Shown: positions 48,356 through 57,650, counted from the first letter of the stretch. The stretch: DNA of 64,000 nt from Gemmatimonadota bacterium (GCA_038128265.1 JAYPJE010000005.1:1-64000); one strand, 5' to 3'. Notes: generated by a model from the sequence alone, not told the origin. Translations and numbers: made by a program.

Positions 48356-49366
48356 GTGAGCCAAACCAATCCTACCGTCGTCTTTCGCGGCCCCGGCGAC
48401 GTGCTGATCGAAGAGCGCGAAGTGCCAACGCCTCAGCCCGGACAGCTGCTGGTGCGCACGGCCTGCACGCTCATTAGCACCGGCACCGAACTGACCATTC
48501 TCAACGGCTGCGGCGCACCGGGATCGAAGTGGGCGCAGTACGGCACATTTCCCTTCGTGCCCGGATACGACAATATCGGCGAGGTCGTCGCCGTGGGCGC
48601 TGACGTGGACAGTGGGTGGGTCGGGAAGCGGGTCGGAAGCTATGGATCACACGCCGCCTACACCTGCTGCAGCGCGGCGCACGCGCGGCCTCTGAACGAA
48701 TCTATTGTGAGCGAAGAGGCGGCGTTTTTTACGCTGGCAGAGATCGCCATGAACGGGGTGCGGCGCGGTTTGGTCACCTGGGGTGAAGAAGCCATCGTAT
48801 TTGGACTCGGCCTAGTGGGGCAGCTAACCGCCCGCTTCTGCCACCTAGCCGGCGCACGCGTAATCGGCGTGGAGCCATCGCCCCAGCGCCGCGCACGGCT
48901 GCCCGCGACGGCCCGACTGTGCGCCTTTGATCCCAGGGAGTCGGACCTGGTCGAATACGTGCGACAGCACACCCAGGGGCGCATGGCCGACGCGGCATTC
49001 GAGGTGACAGGTGCCCCGGACGCGCTTGCTGGACAAATTGCAACGCTGCGCCAACAGGGGCGCCTCGTGCTGCTGAGCAGTCCACGCGGCGCTACCGAAC
49101 ACTTCGACTTTCACGATTTGTGCAACGCGCCAAGCATTTCCATCATCGGCGCCCACAACAGCTCTCATCCGCCACACGCAGCCCCCGGCGCCTTTACGCA
49201 GCACCGACACGCAGCGCTGTTTTTCGACCTCATCGCCGCCGGCGAGTTGGATATGGCCCCGCTCATTTCCCATCGCGCACCCTTCGCAGACGCACCGGCT
49301 TTGTACGAAATGCTGCGCGAAGACCGCACGCGTGCCATGGGCGTCGTCCTGCAGTGGAACAGCTAA
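48356..49366 (+). CDS. Medium-chain (zinc-type alcohol) dehydrogenase
   Basis: LISTGTE, FPFVPGY, GLGLVGQ; no structural-Zn lobe. Confidence 0.88.
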   Translation: MSQTNPTVVFRGPGDVLIEEREVPTPQPGQLLVRTACTLISTGTELTILNGCGAPGSKWAQYGTFPFVPGYDNIGEVVAVGADVDSGWVGKRVGSYGSHAAYTCCSAAHARPLNESIVSEEAAFFTLAEIAMNGVRRGLVTWGEEAIVFGLGLVGQLTARFCHLAGARVIGVEPSPQRRARLPATARLCAFDPRESDLVEYVRQHTQGRMADAAFEVTGAPDALAGQIATLRQQGRLVLLSSPRGATEHFDFHDLCNAPSISIIGAHNSSHPPHAAPGAFTQHRHAALFFDLIAAGELDMAPLISHRAPFADAPALYEMLREDRTRAMGVVLQWNS

Positions 49367-50178
49367 CTTTGCCGGCCTACCCGCGCGATATCGCCAAACT
49401 CGCGCGGCGTCACTCGACATACGGCCTTGCCGCGCAACTTCCCGCTTATGCGGGGTATGGACTGCGGTGGGAATACGCCAGAGCCGACCTTGCGCAGCGC
49501 CTGCTCCACGCTCAGTTCGCGGTGGAGAAACAGCCCCTCTAAGAGCAGGCGAAAGGATTCTTCGGAGGGTATGTCAAAGCGCGGTTTGGTTCGCTCAATA
49601 GACACAATGGCGCTGTCCACATTGGGACGCGGATAGAAAATATCGCGGCCCAGCGCTTCGATGATTTCCACATTGGCGCGCCGTTTCAGCGCCACGCTCA
49701 AACGGCAGTAGCCCTTCTCTCCAACGTGGGCACAGATGCGTTCGGCGAGGCGTTTTTGAAAGACCAGCACGCCCCTGTGAAAGCGCTGGTCGAGCATCTT
49801 GAAGATCAGCGGCAGCGCCACGCTGTAGGGCAAATTGGCAACGACCTTATCAAAGGCGGGAAAGTCGACTTCAAGAGCGTCACCCCAAATGACCTCTAAG
49901 TGGTCGTGGCGTTTCTTCAGGTCGTTTAGACAGGGTGCAAACTGCCGATCTCGTTCGATGGCAACGACGCGTCCAGCCCGTTCCAAGAGCCTCCGCGTGA
50001 GGTTGCCGGGACCCGGCCCAATCTCCAACACGACGTCTGTCGCTTCGGGGCTTGCGTACTCGACTTCGCGGCGCAGCACCCCCTCGTCGCACAGAAAATT
50101 TTGCCCCAATTTGTGGTTTGGACGAATGCGGTAGTGCTGCAGGGCATCGCGCAGGTTTCGCGGCGCGCTGTTGGGCAT
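49363..50178 (-). CDS. rsmA: 16S rRNA adenine dimethyltransferase RsmA/KsgA family
   Basis: KLGQNFL, VLEIGPGPG, GDALEVD, VVANLPY, RLSV, FYPRPNVDSAIV. Confidence 0.88.
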   Translation of the reverse strand: MPNSAPRNLRDALQHYRIRPNHKLGQNFLCDEGVLRREVEYASPEATDVVLEIGPGPGNLTRRLLERAGRVVAIERDRQFAPCLNDLKKRHDHLEVIWGDALEVDFPAFDKVVANLPYSVALPLIFKMLDQRFHRGVLVFQKRLAERICAHVGEKGYCRLSVALKRRANVEIIEALGRDIFYPRPNVDSAIVSIERTKPRFDIPSEESFRLLLEGLFLHRELSVEQALRKVGSGVFPPQSIPRISGKLRGKAVCRVTPREFGDIARVGRQS

Positions 50179-50183
50179 GCGAT

Positions 50184-51149
50184 TCAAGCGACGCGACTGG
50201 GCAATTCTCGTCCCTGCAAACCGGCGAGCAAATTGTCTACCGAACGCTGGGCCATGGCATTGCGCGTCTGCACCGTGGCGCTGCCCAAATGGGGCACGAC
50301 AACGAGGTTGTCCAGCGCCAGCAGCGGATGGTCGCGCGGCAGCGGTTCGGGCTCGGTTACGTCCAGCGCCGCCGCATATATCCCCCCCTGCTCTAGGCAT
50401 TCCAGCAGCGCTTCGTGATCGACCACGCCGCCGCGCGCGGCGTTGACCAAAACCGCCGTCTCTTTCATCAGCGCCAGTTCGCGCCGCCCGATCATACCGC
50501 GCGTCTCCTCTGTGAGCGGCATATTGAGCGCAACAAAATCCGCGCGCGTGAGGAGTTCGTCCAATGGAACATACTGCGCGCCCAAATCCTCTTCGGCGCG
50601 CCTGTTGTGCGTGCGATTGTGGTAGATAATCTGCATATCAAAAGCCTGCGCCCTGCGCGCTACCTGGTAGCCAATACTACCCAAACCGACAATGCCCAGC
50701 GTGGCACCGTGCACTTCTTGACCGAGCATAAAGCTGGGATCGTAGGCAGTAAATTGATCGCTGCGCGCAAAATGGTCGCCTTTGACAACGTTGCGCGCTG
50801 CCGCTAGCAGCAGGGCAAAGGTCATATCGGCCGTAGCGCCATCGAGTAATTGCGGCGTATTGCCAACGGGAATGCCGCGCTCCCGAGCGGCCGCCAAATC
50901 GATGTGGTCGACGCCCACGCCAAAGTTGCTGATAACGCGCAGGTTCGGCATGCGATCCATGTACTCGGCAGTAAAGGCAAAGTGTCCGTAGTTGTAGGCA
51001 CCCTGGACCTGGCGCAGCACATCGTCGGCGGGTGCGGCGCCCAGCGGGTTCCAGCGAACCAACCGACAGCCAGCCCGTTCCAATAGGGGAACCACCGTCT
51101 CGTAGGGCTCGACTTCGCTGCGCAGCAACACGTCGTATTCTTCGGCCAT
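50184..51149 (-). CDS. D-2-hydroxyacid dehydrogenase (glyoxylate/hydroxypyruvate reductase-like)
   Basis: GVGVDHID, GIVGLGSIG, VNAARGGVVD, LDVTEPEP, PHLGSAT. Confidence 0.93.
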   Translation of the reverse strand: MAEEYDVLLRSEVEPYETVVPLLERAGCRLVRWNPLGAAPADDVLRQVQGAYNYGHFAFTAEYMDRMPNLRVISNFGVGVDHIDLAAARERGIPVGNTPQLLDGATADMTFALLLAAARNVVKGDHFARSDQFTAYDPSFMLGQEVHGATLGIVGLGSIGYQVARRAQAFDMQIIYHNRTHNRRAEEDLGAQYVPLDELLTRADFVALNMPLTEETRGMIGRRELALMKETAVLVNAARGGVVDHEALLECLEQGGIYAAALDVTEPEPLPRDHPLLALDNLVVVPHLGSATVQTRNAMAQRSVDNLLAGLQGRELPSRVA

Positions 51150-51212
51150 GCTATCTTCCCGTGTCTTTTTACCTGAAAAATAAATCGTCGGTACGCGCCC
51201 TATTTTGCGCAC

Positions 51213-51241
51213 AAAAAAACCCGGGGGAAGGCCCCCGGGTT
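51213..51241 (-). terminator. Intrinsic terminator of the 51262-51720 gene
   Basis: Minus strand ACCCGGGGG-CCTT-CCCCCGGGT followed by a T-run. Confidence 0.85.
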
Positions 51242-51261
51242 CCAACGCATATCGACCCTCT

Positions 51262-51720
51262 TTACACAGTCACATCAACCAGCGCCCCTCGCTCTCCCGA
51301 ACCGCCCGGCGACGATACCCCAGCGGACTCGAGCTCTCCCTGCATGCTCTGACGCATCTGGCCGAGTTGGCGGACCGCGCGGTCAGCGCCGCCGCGATCT
51401 CCCACATCCAGCGCCAAGGCCGATCCCGTTTGCGCTACGGCATCGGCGCGACCCTCGCCGCCGACAATGCCATCGATTTCGTTGACGCGTCTCTGCAGAT
51501 CGTTGAAGCGCGAGACCAGCAGCGAACGCTGTGCCGTGCTCACGCTGTCCGAGGACAGGCGCTGCGCCACCGCTTCCATTCCGCGCACCAATTGGTCGAC
51601 GCGCTCGAGCACGCGCGTGCGCTGCTCTTGGCGCTGAGCAGTCGCCCTATTTTGCACTTGGCCACGCTGCAGCTGAGACAGCGCTGAAGAGGCCGATGGG
51701 GACTGGGATACCTGGGGCAT
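51262..51720 (-). CDS. Hypothetical helical protein with flagellin-like segments
   Basis: AAGGAG RBS before the ATG at 51720; own promoter and terminator; see findings. Confidence 0.7.
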   Translation of the reverse strand: MPQVSQSPSASSALSQLQRGQVQNRATAQRQEQRTRVLERVDQLVRGMEAVAQRLSSDSVSTAQRSLLVSRFNDLQRRVNEIDGIVGGEGRADAVAQTGSALALDVGDRGGADRAVRQLGQMRQSMQGELESAGVSSPGGSGERGALVDVTV

Positions 51721-51743
51721 GGTGATCCGCTCCTTATAGGCTA

Positions 51744-51783
51744 TATTGTACATTTACAATAACACGCACATCACCCCTGTCAA
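51744..51783 (-). promoter_or_regulatory. sigma70 promoter with an overlapping palindromic operator
   Basis: Minus strand TTGACA-N16-TATTGT; perfect inverted repeat TATTGTA-CATT-TACAATA (51744-51761). Confidence 0.65.
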
Positions 51784-51855
51784 GAAAAAAACGCTTTGTC
51801 ACTGCGGCGGAGCAGTTTGTAGACAGATCCAAGCCAAAAGCGAGGCAGGCCAACC

Positions 51856-52605
51856 ATGCTCATAGCACACCCCCGTGGCAACTACCACTTCCTGCGCGGT
51901 ATCGATCCCTACTCCTGCGGCGTAGTCGCCGACCCCGGCTACGAAATAGTGCACGCAACGCTCAGTGAGTCGCTGCCCTGGCAGCAGGGTTTCGATCGAG
52001 TCGCTGCCCATTTAGACACGCACAACCTGGACCGCAATGCGCTTTGCGGTATGGAACTTAGGTCACCCGAACCTTTCACAATGCAGGGTTTTATCGACTT
52101 CAACGGCGACTATTGTTCCGTGTTAAAAGAGTGGGGCCTCTTCGTCGACGGGCTCAACCCCGTGGCGCGCACCAACGTCGCACCCGTGCACCACCCCCCC
52201 GCCGAACCCCACCTGCACGCTTTTTCCTACGTCGTAGCCAACCCGCATATCGGCCGCAAAACGCTCGTCGTTGCTGGCGCCGGCGAACTGTTAGAGGGCA
52301 TCCTCGAAGCGGAGCGCATTATTCGCCCGGGCGACACATCACCGGATTCAATGCGCGAAAAAGCCGCCTATGTGATGGAGGTAATGGAAGAGCGCCTTCT
52401 GGGACTAGGGGGAGCGTGGACACTAGTCGATACCGTCGATATATACACCATCTACCCGCTGGTCGACCTCTACGAGCACGTCGTTTTGCCGCCTATGGGC
52501 CCTGCGGCTAGGCACGGCGCGCGCTGGTATTACAGCCGGCCGCCAGTCGTCGACATCGACTTTGAGATGGACATGCGCGGCATCGTTACCGACCTGGTCG
52601 TCTAG
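51856..52605 (+). CDS. CnbZ-like 2-aminomuconate deaminase homolog
   Basis: YSCGVVADPGYEI, MELRSPEPFTMQGFIDFN, NPVARTNV, AFSY, RPPVVDIDFEMD recall Comamonas CnbZ. Confidence 0.75.
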   Translation: MLIAHPRGNYHFLRGIDPYSCGVVADPGYEIVHATLSESLPWQQGFDRVAAHLDTHNLDRNALCGMELRSPEPFTMQGFIDFNGDYCSVLKEWGLFVDGLNPVARTNVAPVHHPPAEPHLHAFSYVVANPHIGRKTLVVAGAGELLEGILEAERIIRPGDTSPDSMREKAAYVMEVMEERLLGLGGAWTLVDTVDIYTIYPLVDLYEHVVLPPMGPAARHGARWYYSRPPVVDIDFEMDMRGIVTDLVV

Positions 52606-52608
52606 GGT

Positions 52609-53349
52609 TTAGCTATAAGACCAGGCAAATTGCGCGATGTCGCACTCGGCCCCTTCCGAGCAGAGCGCGCCAACATATCCATCGCCCAACTGTAGACTGG
52701 ACATGTTCCAGCGCGCCGTTTCGCTCGCTCCCTCGTCCGAGCGCAAAATAGCGGCGCGCTCGTCCAGCGATACGGAAAACGTGTCCAAACCGGCGGCAAT
52801 ACCATCGCCGCGCGCCTTCACATAGGCCTCTTTGCGCGTCCAGCAGCGATAAAAGGCCCGCGGCTGGTCTGCTGCCGGCAGCGCATTCAGCGCCTCGTAC
52901 TCCTCTATGGAAAAAAATCGTTCGGCAATGCGCATATAGTTGCTTCTAGCGCGCTGCTGCTCGACGTCGACGCCCACGGCGCGTCCGCGCGCTACGGCAT
53001 AGAGCACCACGTCGCCGGAATGCGACATATTAAACTCTAGCGGATTCGATGGGCCTACCAGATGCGGTTTGCCGTGCTCGCCGTAGGCAAAGCACAGCTG
53101 GTCGGGCGGACAGTCGGCATAGCGGGACAACACGTGGCGCAATAGGGCGCGCGCCGCGACAAAGCGCCGGCGATTTTCCGCCAGTGGATAGCGCTCGGCG
53201 CGCGCGCGTTCGTCGGCAGACAGCACGTCCTGCACATGCTCGACGCACGCCGCTTGCGTCGGCAAATCAGCGCGCCAAACGTGGACCTGTGCCCTGTCCA
53301 AACGCTCGTCTCCGCTAGCGGTGTGCCATATGTCGCCCATTTCTGTCAT
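52609..53349 (-). CDS. Sfp-type 4'-phosphopantetheinyl transferase
   Basis: GEHGKP, FNMSHS, VGVDVE, WTRKEAYVKARG. Confidence 0.93.
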   Translation of the reverse strand: MTEMGDIWHTASGDERLDRAQVHVWRADLPTQAACVEHVQDVLSADERARAERYPLAENRRRFVAARALLRHVLSRYADCPPDQLCFAYGEHGKPHLVGPSNPLEFNMSHSGDVVLYAVARGRAVGVDVEQQRARSNYMRIAERFFSIEEYEALNALPAADQPRAFYRCWTRKEAYVKARGDGIAAGLDTFSVSLDERAAILRSDEGASETARWNMSSLQLGDGYVGALCSEGAECDIAQFAWSYS

Positions 53350-53467
53350 GTAATTAATATCGCCAGAAACTGCCCGGCACGCATCTTGACATCTTGACGC
53401 CGCCCCGCGGTCATACCACATTAATAGCGTTCGCGACCCAGCACTCTCTATAAGGAGAACAGAATAC

Positions 53468-55780
53468 ATGGCCACCTCCTTTTCCAGCAAGGACTATCCC
53501 GACTACACGGGGAACGGTACATACCGCGTAATTGGCACGCGCCCCATACGCCACGACGGCGTCGACAAGGTCACGGGCGCCGCGGTCTACGGCGGCGATG
53601 TGCGCCTGCCGGGCATGCTCTACGGCAAGGTCTTGCGCAGTCCGCATCCGCACGCGCGCATTATCTCCATCGACACCTCAAAAGCCATGCAGCTCAGCGG
53701 CGTGCGCGCCGTGGCAACTGCCGACGACTTGGTTGAAACGGTTGACCAACTGTCCAACCTCGGCGAGACCATGGTCAACGTGCGCGAAGTCGCCCAGAAT
53801 TCGCTCGCCTCGGGCAAAGTGCTCTACAAGGGACACGCCATTGCCGCCGTCGCCGCTACCAGCGCCCACATTGCCGAAGAGGCACTCGACCTGATAGAGG
53901 TCCAGTACGAGGTGCTGCCTGCGGTGGTCGACGTCCTCAAAGCCATGCAGGACAACGCGCCGCTGCTCGACGAAAACCGCACCACGCGCGAGCTGGGCCA
54001 GAAAACCGACAAAAAGAGCAACGTGGCCAGCCACAATCGCCATTCTATGGGCGACCTCGACAGCGGCTTTGCCGAAGCCGACGAAGTCGTCGAACGCGAG
54101 TTCCGCACTGCCACCGTGCACCAGGGTTATATCGAGCCGCACAATACGACCGTGTGGTGGAAAAACGACGGTTCGATCACCGTGTGGGTCAGCACGCAGG
54201 GGCCGTTCGAAATCCGCTCGCAGGTTTCGGAAGTGCTGCAGGTACCCGTTTCCAAAGTCAAAGTCATTCCCTGCGAAATCGGCGGCGGCTTTGGCGGCAA
54301 ATTCCCTGCCTATATGGAGCCGGCAGCGGCCATTCTGTCGCACAAGACGGGTCACCCGGTCAAAATGATTATGAGTCGGACCGAAGTATTTGAGGCCACG
54401 GGCCCCGGGCCAGGCTCCTATATAAAAGTCAAAATGGGCATTAAAAAGGATGGTTCGATTACGGCAGCCCAGGCCTACTTAGCCTACGAGGCCGGCGGTT
54501 TTCCAGGCTCGGCCGTCGGCGCTGGGGCCTCCTGCATCTTGGGCCCTTACAATATTCCCAACGTCACGATCGACGCCTATGACGTCGTCGTCAACAAGCC
54601 CAAATCGTCGGCCTACCGCGCACCGGGTGCTCCCAACGCCGCGTTTGCCTCGGAAAGTGTCATCGATGAGCTGGCCGAGCGCATTGGCATGGACCCGCTA
54701 CAAGTGCGCCTCAAGAACTCGTCGCGCGAGGGCACGCGCCGCGCCGACGGGACAGTGTACAAGAAAATTGGCTGCGAAGAGACCGTGCAGGCCGCACTCG
54801 ACAGCGAACACTACAAGAGCAAACTCGAAGGCGTGCACCGCGGCCGCGGCGTCGCTTCGGGCTTCTGGTTTAACGGCGGCGGCGAGTCATCGGCGGCCAT
54901 CTCCGTCAACTCCAATGGCACGCTCAACCTGCAGGAGGGTTCGGTAGACATTGGCGGCAGCCGCGCTTCGATGGCGATGATCGTGGCCGAGACGCTGGGA
55001 CTCAACGCCGAAGACATCAACCCATCCATTCCCGACACGTCGTCCATTGGCATGACGGGCGGCACGGGCGGCAGCCGAGTGACCTATGCCACCGGACACG
55101 CCTGCTACAAGGCAGCCGAGGATGTAAAGGCCGAGATGTGCCTGCGCGCAGCACGCCAGCTCGAAGTCGAAGAAAGCGACGTCGAGTATCGAGATGGTCA
55201 ATTCGTCAGCGCATCAGATCCATCCAAGTCGCTCACCTTTAAGGAAATTGCCGCCGAGCAGGGCCGCACCGGCGGTCCGATCACCGGCAAGGGCACGATT
55301 AACGCCGGCGGTGCGGGCAATGCCTTTGGCACCCACGTCGTCGACGTCGAAGTCGATACCGATACGGGCAAGGTCAAGATCTTGCGCTACACCGCCGTGC
55401 AGGACGTCGGCAAGGCCATCCATCCCTCTTACGTGGAAGGGCAGATCCAAGGCGGCGCCGTGCAGGGCATCGGCTGGGCGCTGAGCGAAGGCTACTTCTA
55501 CCGGGAAGATGGCACCATGGCCAATCCCACCTTCCTCGACTATCGCATGCCGACGGCACTCGATCTGCCGCTGGTCGAAACCGTGCTGGTCGAAGTGCCC
55601 AATCCGGCCAGCCCGCACGGCATTCGCGGCGTCGGCGAAGTGCCGCTAGTGCCGCCGATGGCCGCCATTGCCAACGCCATCTACGATGCCATTGGCGTCC
55701 GCCTCGGCGAGCTGCCCATGAGCCCGGACAAGGTTGTAGCGGCGCTGCACGGCGCACAGCTGCAGGAGGCGGCCGGATAG
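53468..55780 (+). CDS. Xanthine dehydrogenase family Mo-binding large subunit (CoxL-like)
   Basis: KVTGAAVY, LRSPHPHARI, IGGGFGGK, AYRAPG, EGQIQGGAVQGIG, RGVGE; AAGGAG RBS. Confidence 0.94.
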   Translation: MATSFSSKDYPDYTGNGTYRVIGTRPIRHDGVDKVTGAAVYGGDVRLPGMLYGKVLRSPHPHARIISIDTSKAMQLSGVRAVATADDLVETVDQLSNLGETMVNVREVAQNSLASGKVLYKGHAIAAVAATSAHIAEEALDLIEVQYEVLPAVVDVLKAMQDNAPLLDENRTTRELGQKTDKKSNVASHNRHSMGDLDSGFAEADEVVEREFRTATVHQGYIEPHNTTVWWKNDGSITVWVSTQGPFEIRSQVSEVLQVPVSKVKVIPCEIGGGFGGKFPAYMEPAAAILSHKTGHPVKMIMSRTEVFEATGPGPGSYIKVKMGIKKDGSITAAQAYLAYEAGGFPGSAVGAGASCILGPYNIPNVTIDAYDVVVNKPKSSAYRAPGAPNAAFASESVIDELAERIGMDPLQVRLKNSSREGTRRADGTVYKKIGCEETVQAALDSEHYKSKLEGVHRGRGVASGFWFNGGGESSAAISVNSNGTLNLQEGSVDIGGSRASMAMIVAETLGLNAEDINPSIPDTSSIGMTGGTGGSRVTYATGHACYKAAEDVKAEMCLRAARQLEVEESDVEYRDGQFVSASDPSKSLTFKEIAAEQGRTGGPITGKGTINAGGAGNAFGTHVVDVEVDTDTGKVKILRYTAVQDVGKAIHPSYVEGQIQGGAVQGIGWALSEGYFYREDGTMANPTFLDYRMPTALDLPLVETVLVEVPNPASPHGIRGVGEVPLVPPMAAIANAIYDAIGVRLGELPMSPDKVVAALHGAQLQEAAG

Positions 55781-55799
55781 TCCGTCTTTACCCAATCGA

Positions 55800-55840
55800 T
55801 AAACGCCTGGCTCCTTGCGGGGAGCCAGGCGTTTATTTTT
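55800..55840 (+). terminator. Intrinsic terminator after the CoxL-like gene
   Basis: TAAACGCCTGGCTCC-loop-GGAGCCAGGCGTTTA followed by TTTTT. Confidence 0.9.
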
Positions 55841-55851
55841 ACTAACGCACC

Positions 55852-56736
55852 ATGAGCCAGCCCATCGACCCACGGCACTTTATCGACGCCATGCTACCCG
55901 TTGTCCGCCAGTGCGCGCGGGCGTCGATGATTTTCTACGGCCAGGTCGCCGACATCGGCAAAGAAGCCGATTTGGGCCTGACCGGCGACAAGGCCCAGGC
56001 TGCTTCGACCACGTTCACAGCGCTCGACAGCGGCCTGCAGGACATCTTGCTCAGCGCGGTGTTGCAGCACTTCCCCGAAGTCGGCGTCATCGCCGAAGAG
56101 AGCACGCCGCTCAAAAAACGCTTTGCGGGCAGCGCTTCACCCTACCTAGTCATTCTCGATCCCATTGACGGCACCTGGCATTTTAAGCGCGGCGATGCCC
56201 CCTACCACATATCGATCGGGCTGGCGCGCGACGGCGCGATGCTGGCCGCCATCGTCGCCCGTCCCAGCGAATATAAAGTATTCACCGCCGTGCGCGGCGG
56301 CGGCGCGTTTGTGCAGCAAGGAACAGCGCGCAAAAAGCGACTGCGGCTGAAACATGCTCCGCGGCACAACAAGGTATTTATCTCTTCCAAAGCGCGCGAC
56401 TATCAGGCCTTGGCGCGCGCGCACTACGACCTTGACCCACGCGAACATCCCATCGGTGCATCGCTGGTATTAACGCTTATCGCCGAAGGCCACCTGAGCG
56501 CCTATCTAACGCGCCAGGTAGAAATCTACGATGCCGGCCCTCCCTCTCTGATTGCCGAAGAGGCCGGAGCGCGCTGCCTGATCGGACCCAACCAAATACC
56601 ACGCTATGTAAAGCGGCGCAAATTCGCCCATTTTATGGCGGCAGCCAACGCCGAGTTGGAAGAAAAATTACACGCCATTGTGCGCCATGCACGGGCAATC
56701 AAACGCGCACAGTCACGTCAGCAGAGGAGCTCATGA
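55852..56736 (+). CDS. Inositol monophosphatase family protein
   Basis: IAEES, ILDPIDGT, YDAGPPSLIAEEAG. Confidence 0.88.
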   Translation: MSQPIDPRHFIDAMLPVVRQCARASMIFYGQVADIGKEADLGLTGDKAQAASTTFTALDSGLQDILLSAVLQHFPEVGVIAEESTPLKKRFAGSASPYLVILDPIDGTWHFKRGDAPYHISIGLARDGAMLAAIVARPSEYKVFTAVRGGGAFVQQGTARKKRLRLKHAPRHNKVFISSKARDYQALARAHYDLDPREHPIGASLVLTLIAEGHLSAYLTRQVEIYDAGPPSLIAEEAGARCLIGPNQIPRYVKRRKFAHFMAAANAELEEKLHAIVRHARAIKRAQSRQQRSS

Positions 56737-57644
56737 CGCAACAGACCATTGCGGGTGTCCTACCCGTCGTGCACATGCCGTATACAGAGAGCGGAGCAAT
56801 CGACCTAGAGACTATGGGGAAGCAGGTTGACTATCTTTTTGGCCTGGGAGCCGACGGATTCTGCCTGGCGCTGGTCTCCGACCTCTTTCGCCTGAGCGAA
56901 CGCGAGCGCTTAGCGCTGCCCGCCCAGCTGTGCGACTGTGCCCAGGGGCGCGGTCCCGTCATCATCAACGTTGCGGCAGAGAGCACGCAGCAGGCATGCG
57001 CCTACGCGCGTGCGGCAGAAGACGGCGGCGCGGCGGCGCTGATGGCCATTCCCCCGATTTCGCGCGCGCTATCCGAAGACCAACTGCGCGCCTACTTCAC
57101 CGCTCTACTCGAAGAAGTCGACCTACCGATCTTTGTCCAGGACGCCAGCTCGTATGTGGGCAATCCCATGAGTATCGCCTTTCAGGCCAGCCTCTTTGCC
57201 GAGTTTGGCCAGCGCGTGCTGTTCAAACCCGAAGCATCGCCCCTCGGACCCTGCATATCGGCGCTGCGAGCGGCCACGGACGGAAAGGCAAGCATTTTTG
57301 AGGGCAGCGGCGGCGTCTTGCTCATCGACTCATTTCGCCGCGGTATAACCGGCACCATCCCCGGGGTCGAACTGCTAGATGGCACGACGGCTCTGTGGAA
57401 CGCGCTGCAGGCGGGAGACGACGAACGCGCCTACCGCCTCTACTGGCCCATATGCGCGCTTATTACGCTGCAGCTGCAGGGCGGATTGGACGGTTTTATC
57501 GTCAGCGAGCGCTACATCATGCACCAGCGCGGTCTCTTTCCCAACCAGGTGCACCGCGGCCCCCTCAGCTTTGCACTCGACGACGCTATGTGCGCGGAAA
57601 TAGATCGCCTCATGGCGCACCTAGACCGTGCTTTGCAAAGCTAG
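56733..57644 (+). CDS. DHDPS family (2-keto-3-deoxy-sugar acid dehydratase/aldolase-like)
   Basis: GVLPVVHMPY, LMAIPP, FVQDA, FKPE (Schiff-base Lys), FEGSGG. Confidence 0.85.
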   Translation: MTQQTIAGVLPVVHMPYTESGAIDLETMGKQVDYLFGLGADGFCLALVSDLFRLSERERLALPAQLCDCAQGRGPVIINVAAESTQQACAYARAAEDGGAAALMAIPPISRALSEDQLRAYFTALLEEVDLPIFVQDASSYVGNPMSIAFQASLFAEFGQRVLFKPEASPLGPCISALRAATDGKASIFEGSGGVLLIDSFRRGITGTIPGVELLDGTTALWNALQAGDDERAYRLYWPICALITLQLQGGLDGFIVSERYIMHQRGLFPNQVHRGPLSFALDDAMCAEIDRLMAHLDRALQS

Positions 57645-57650
57645 CCGGCC

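Noticed and set aside
53382..53398. CATCTTGA tandem duplication in the coxL-like promoter region
   Set aside because: Only two 8-bp copies; most simply a duplicated -35 (TTGAC) with no support for a further function.
53468..55780. Aerobic CO dehydrogenase
   Set aside because: It lacks the AYXCSFR motif and has no coxM, coxS or accessory genes.
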